NCBI GenBank assembly: GCA_963737265.1 | Contig: CAVTRY010000020.1 | Coordinates: 33,559-97,558, forward strand | From: an uncultured delta proteobacterium | GTDB lineage: Bacteria > Myxococcota_A > Polyangia > Fen-1088 | Direction of reading: 5' to 3' | Length of the DNA: 64,000 nucleotides | Part shown: positions 61,225 to 64,000 of the stretch, piece after piece | Position numbering within the stretch: the first letter of the stretch is position 1 | How the letters are laid out: every line of letters starts with the position of its first letter | Notes under the pieces: generated by a model | What the model was told of the DNA's origin: nothing | The model's input: only the letters and a program-made list of their open reading frames with translations | Database searches by the model: none | Position numbers and translations under genes: made by a program

Positions 61225-61764
61225 CTAATGACCGGTTGGAGCGACCAACTCGAGGACGTTCAGGTAGCTGGCTGCTGGGATGAGCGGGCGCCCGCCTCCG
61301 TGTAACGCCTCGCCTATCTGCCGCGCCCGTGTGTGCATCCAGGCGAACTCTTCGACTAGCTCCCGGGCCGGTCGCTCGTCAAAGGAGGGATCAGACACCG
61401 TGTACTGACCGGGGTCGAGCGAGCCGGGCGCGGTGAATGGGTCTGCGTAGAGGTAGGCCTTGCTCGCCAGGTCCGCGCCGTACTCCACGAGCAGCCGGCG
61501 CAGGTAGGGAGGGGCCATCACGAAGATGGCGCTCGCCCGGTCGCAGAGATCGCGGGAGAGCTTCGTCGGGCGATGCTCGGAAGCGTCGATCTCCCACCAC
61601 GCCAGCATCGCCAACGCCCGGGCGCTGGTGTGCTCGCCGGGCTCTAGGCCCGCGGATGAGGCACCCTCACCGGGGCAGTGGTGGCGGTAGAGGTAGGCGG
61701 CGAGCACCGAGCGGCAGCAGTTGGCATGGCAGAGGAACAGCGGCGGCGCGGGGCAGCTCATCAA
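61225..61764 (-). CDS. Low-molecular-weight protein tyrosine phosphatase/ArsC-like protein
   Basis: LFLCHANCCRS P-loop, SSAG and VSDP. Confidence 0.82.
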   Translation of the reverse strand: MMSCPAPPLFLCHANCCRSVLAAYLYRHHCPGEGASSAGLEPGEHTSARALAMLAWWEIDASEHRPTKLSRDLCDRASAIFVMAPPYLRRLLVEYGADLASKAYLYADPFTAPGSLDPGQYTVSDPSFDERPARELVEEFAWMHTRARQIGEALHGGGRPLIPAASYLNVLELVAPTGH

Positions 61765-62118
61765 AGCCCGTCGCTTCGGGTCGCGAGCAGGGTGTGAGCG
61801 GCGTCCCCCCGCACCGTCAGTCGATCAGATCTGGCGGGTGCTCGCGGAGTCGGTGAGGCCCGGCCGCGTCGCTCGGGCGCCGAACGGACCTTCAGCACGA
61901 GCTCGAGACGTCTGCGACCTGGCGCTGGTCGAACATGAGCGGTCAGGCGCGGGTCCGGGAAGGTGGGGCTTGAGGAAACGGACATCGCTCGCCTATATCG
62001 CGGAGCCCGCCGCCCAAAGCTCCCCGCCGCTCGCCACGTTAATGAGGATCACAAGTCTGTGGGAGTGATCGCCCTCCCCGCGATCCGTGCGGTCGATTGG
62101 GACATGGAGGTCCAAGGC

Positions 62119-62349
62119 ATGAAGGTGACGCTCAGGACGAGCACCGGGGCGAAGATCGAGGTGTGGCGCGAGAAGGATCTGTTCCACGCGCGCCGGACCG
62201 ATCGCCAGCGCGAGCCGCAGACCTGCTGGGGGCTCGATCTGTTCGAAGTGATCGCGGAGCTCGCGCAACTCGACCTCGACGACACGACCCAAGCCGCCGA
62301 AGCGATCAGGCTGGCCGCAAAAGCGCGCCGCCGGCTCCGCGCCGTTTAA
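62119..62349 (+). CDS. Small hypothetical protein
   Basis: RBS GGAGG then ATG, with DLFEVIAELAQLDL. Confidence 0.6.
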   Translation: MKVTLRTSTGAKIEVWREKDLFHARRTDRQREPQTCWGLDLFEVIAELAQLDLDDTTQAAEAIRLAAKARRRLRAV

Positions 62350-63055
62350 GGCAGGCACCGAGTTATCGACAGTTCTCGCCAACGTACGTCTTACAGTCAG
62401 GCCGCCCGGCGCCGTCGCGACCTTCGCGTCCCTCCGCAAGGCCTGACCGCTCGACTTCTCCGTTCTTGGGCCACGCCGCTGGCGTCGCAGAACACTCCCG
62501 CTCGCAATCGCGCAGCGGGCGTCATCCGGCTGGGACCCCGCGAGGCCGCTCGCTCGGAGACGAGCACCGGGGCGTCTCATCGTCGGAAGAGATTCGGCGC
62601 TGCAACAGTGCCGCTCGGCTGGCTTTACACGAGAGATTGTCCACTGCCGCTCCCGGACGATCCGGGAGTTGGTCACCGCCCGATCAAGGCGTCTGAGACG
62701 ATCGGATCGGACGACGGAGCAGCGTCCCGGCGTCGCGCCGACGCCCACATCTGCCTACGCATGACTGCCGAGCTCGATGGCGAGGGCGATATTGGGCGCG
62801 ACTTCTGGATTCACGAAGCACCAGCCACCCTCGGCGTCGGCAAACGCTGCGGCGAGCCTTCTCCTCCGGGCCTGCGGTCAGCCAAAGCAGCAGTCAGCCG
62901 CGGCGGTTCCCAGCCGCGGTTCCCCGCGGCGGCGAAGCGGCAGGCGCCGCTCGGACTTAGCGCCGGTTCGTCGCGGCGCTCCTAGCGGCAGATGCGGCGC
63001 TCCTCGTATTAGCCCAATGCGACCGTGATAAGTCCTGGGTCTTCAGCCCCTGGGG

Positions 63056-63316
63056 CTATCCCTCGTCGAGCACCAGCAGCGTTTCGGGATGGACGCCATC
63101 GAGTTTCATCGCCTCGGCCGCCGCGTCGGTTTGCATGAACTCCTGAAACTCGTCCATGTCGGGAATCTCAGCGATGAGGCCGACCCGGTTGGATCCCTGC
63201 GGGTCGCGAAAGGTGCGGATCGTAATGCCCAGCGGTCCAAAGACTTCCTCCCGTTTCGGCGACTGCAGCCAATGCTCGACGTCGTCGACCTCATGGAATA
63301 TGACGTGCGTTGCCAT
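63056..63316 (-). CDS. Small hypothetical protein (dimeric alpha-beta barrel-like)
   Basis: RBS GGAGGAG and HEVDDVEHWL...FRDPQGSNRVGL. Confidence 0.75.
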   Translation of the reverse strand: MATHVIFHEVDDVEHWLQSPKREEVFGPLGITIRTFRDPQGSNRVGLIAEIPDMDEFQEFMQTDAAAEAMKLDGVHPETLLVLDEG

Positions 63317-63491
63317 GCCTTACTCCTCCCTCACGGCGGTCGCCGTGCTCGATGGTGTGAATCCAGGCGCCCCCCCGGGGGAGATCCAACCACACAGCGA
63401 TACCGTGCCGCAACATCCCCTCGTCAACCGAACAGCTCCTCGCGGGCGACGCTAGAGACCACCCGGACAGAGTGGGTCCACCGTTTGGCAG

Positions 63492-64000
63492 GTCGCGTCT
63501 CTTTGGCGCTGTAAATTCGGTTCCCGGTGATGGTCAGTTTAGGCGGCTGTCACCTCCTCGGGGATGGTCGGTTCGTTGCCGTGGTAGCGGGCTCGTCTGA
63601 GGTGTTGGCGGTCGAGCGCGGTGAAGTGGATGCCGTTGGTCTGGTGGGTGATCAGCAGGTCGAGCACCGCCCAGACGAGGGTGAGGCAGCTGGTCTCGCC
63701 GGGGAAGCGGCCCATCACCTTGGTGCGTCGCTTGACCTCACCGAGCGAGCGCTCGAGCAGGTTCGTTGACCGCCATCGGCGGCGGTGCCGGACCGGGTAG
63801 CGCAGGTGCACCACCAAGGCGTCGAGATCGTCGGCGAGGCAGCGGGCGGCGGCGGTGAACCCGCCCTTGTCGAGGTCGTCGACCCAGGCCAGCAGCCGCC
63901 GCTTGGCATCGGTCTCCGAGATCGCGTCATCCAATGCCTGCCAGTAGGCGTGCTTGACGCGCTCACGCTCGCGGTCCGGGAGCTTGGCGGCCTGAGCGTA
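63492..64000 (-). mobile_element. IS256-family element, 3' part (transposase 63539 to window edge)
   Basis: RRRWRSTNLLERSLGEVKRRTKVMGRFPGETSCL. TTTACA-containing end near 63492-63518. Confidence 0.88.

Noticed and set aside
1-64000. tRNA, rRNA or prophage
   Set aside because: I saw no cloverleaf or rRNA signature and no phage structural genes. A tRNAscan/Rfam run would be needed to exclude small RNAs.

Overview
The window looks like a mosaic of two organisms. Bases 1 to ~40,500 resemble a Myxococcota (Polyangia-like) genome. This part holds Gly-rich lipoproteins, a DUF4215/fibro-slime protein, ECF sigma modules, hypB, cysK, trmO, a CHAP amidase next to a vgrG remnant, a six-gene orphan island with a caspase-like lipoprotein, a complete ISKra4-like element and many truncated gene fragments. 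From ~40,500 the sequence resembles a high-GC actinobacterium (Solirubrobacterales-like). This part holds an ABC1 kinase, a BlaR1/M56 peptidase, a Tat-exported ferritin-like protein with its own tatA/tatC, ftsH, a sirtuin, and IS110 and IS256 elements. Three signals stand out. (1) About 13 copies of a TAC(G/T)AN-N5-NT(A/C)GTA palindrome lie upstream of genes between 41.4 and 57.6 kb, suggesting an undescribed BlaI/BlaR-type regulon. (2) A mobile element without terminal inverted repeats is bounded by TCTAG, has a hairpin-rich end and encodes a protein with a Rep_trans-like YxK..RxE motif; it sits between tatA and tatC. (3) An IS110/IS1111 element carries a recognisable bridge/seek-RNA-like region. 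All calls come from reading motifs by eye and no database searches were run. Several frameshifts and junctions may be sequencing or assembly artefacts.
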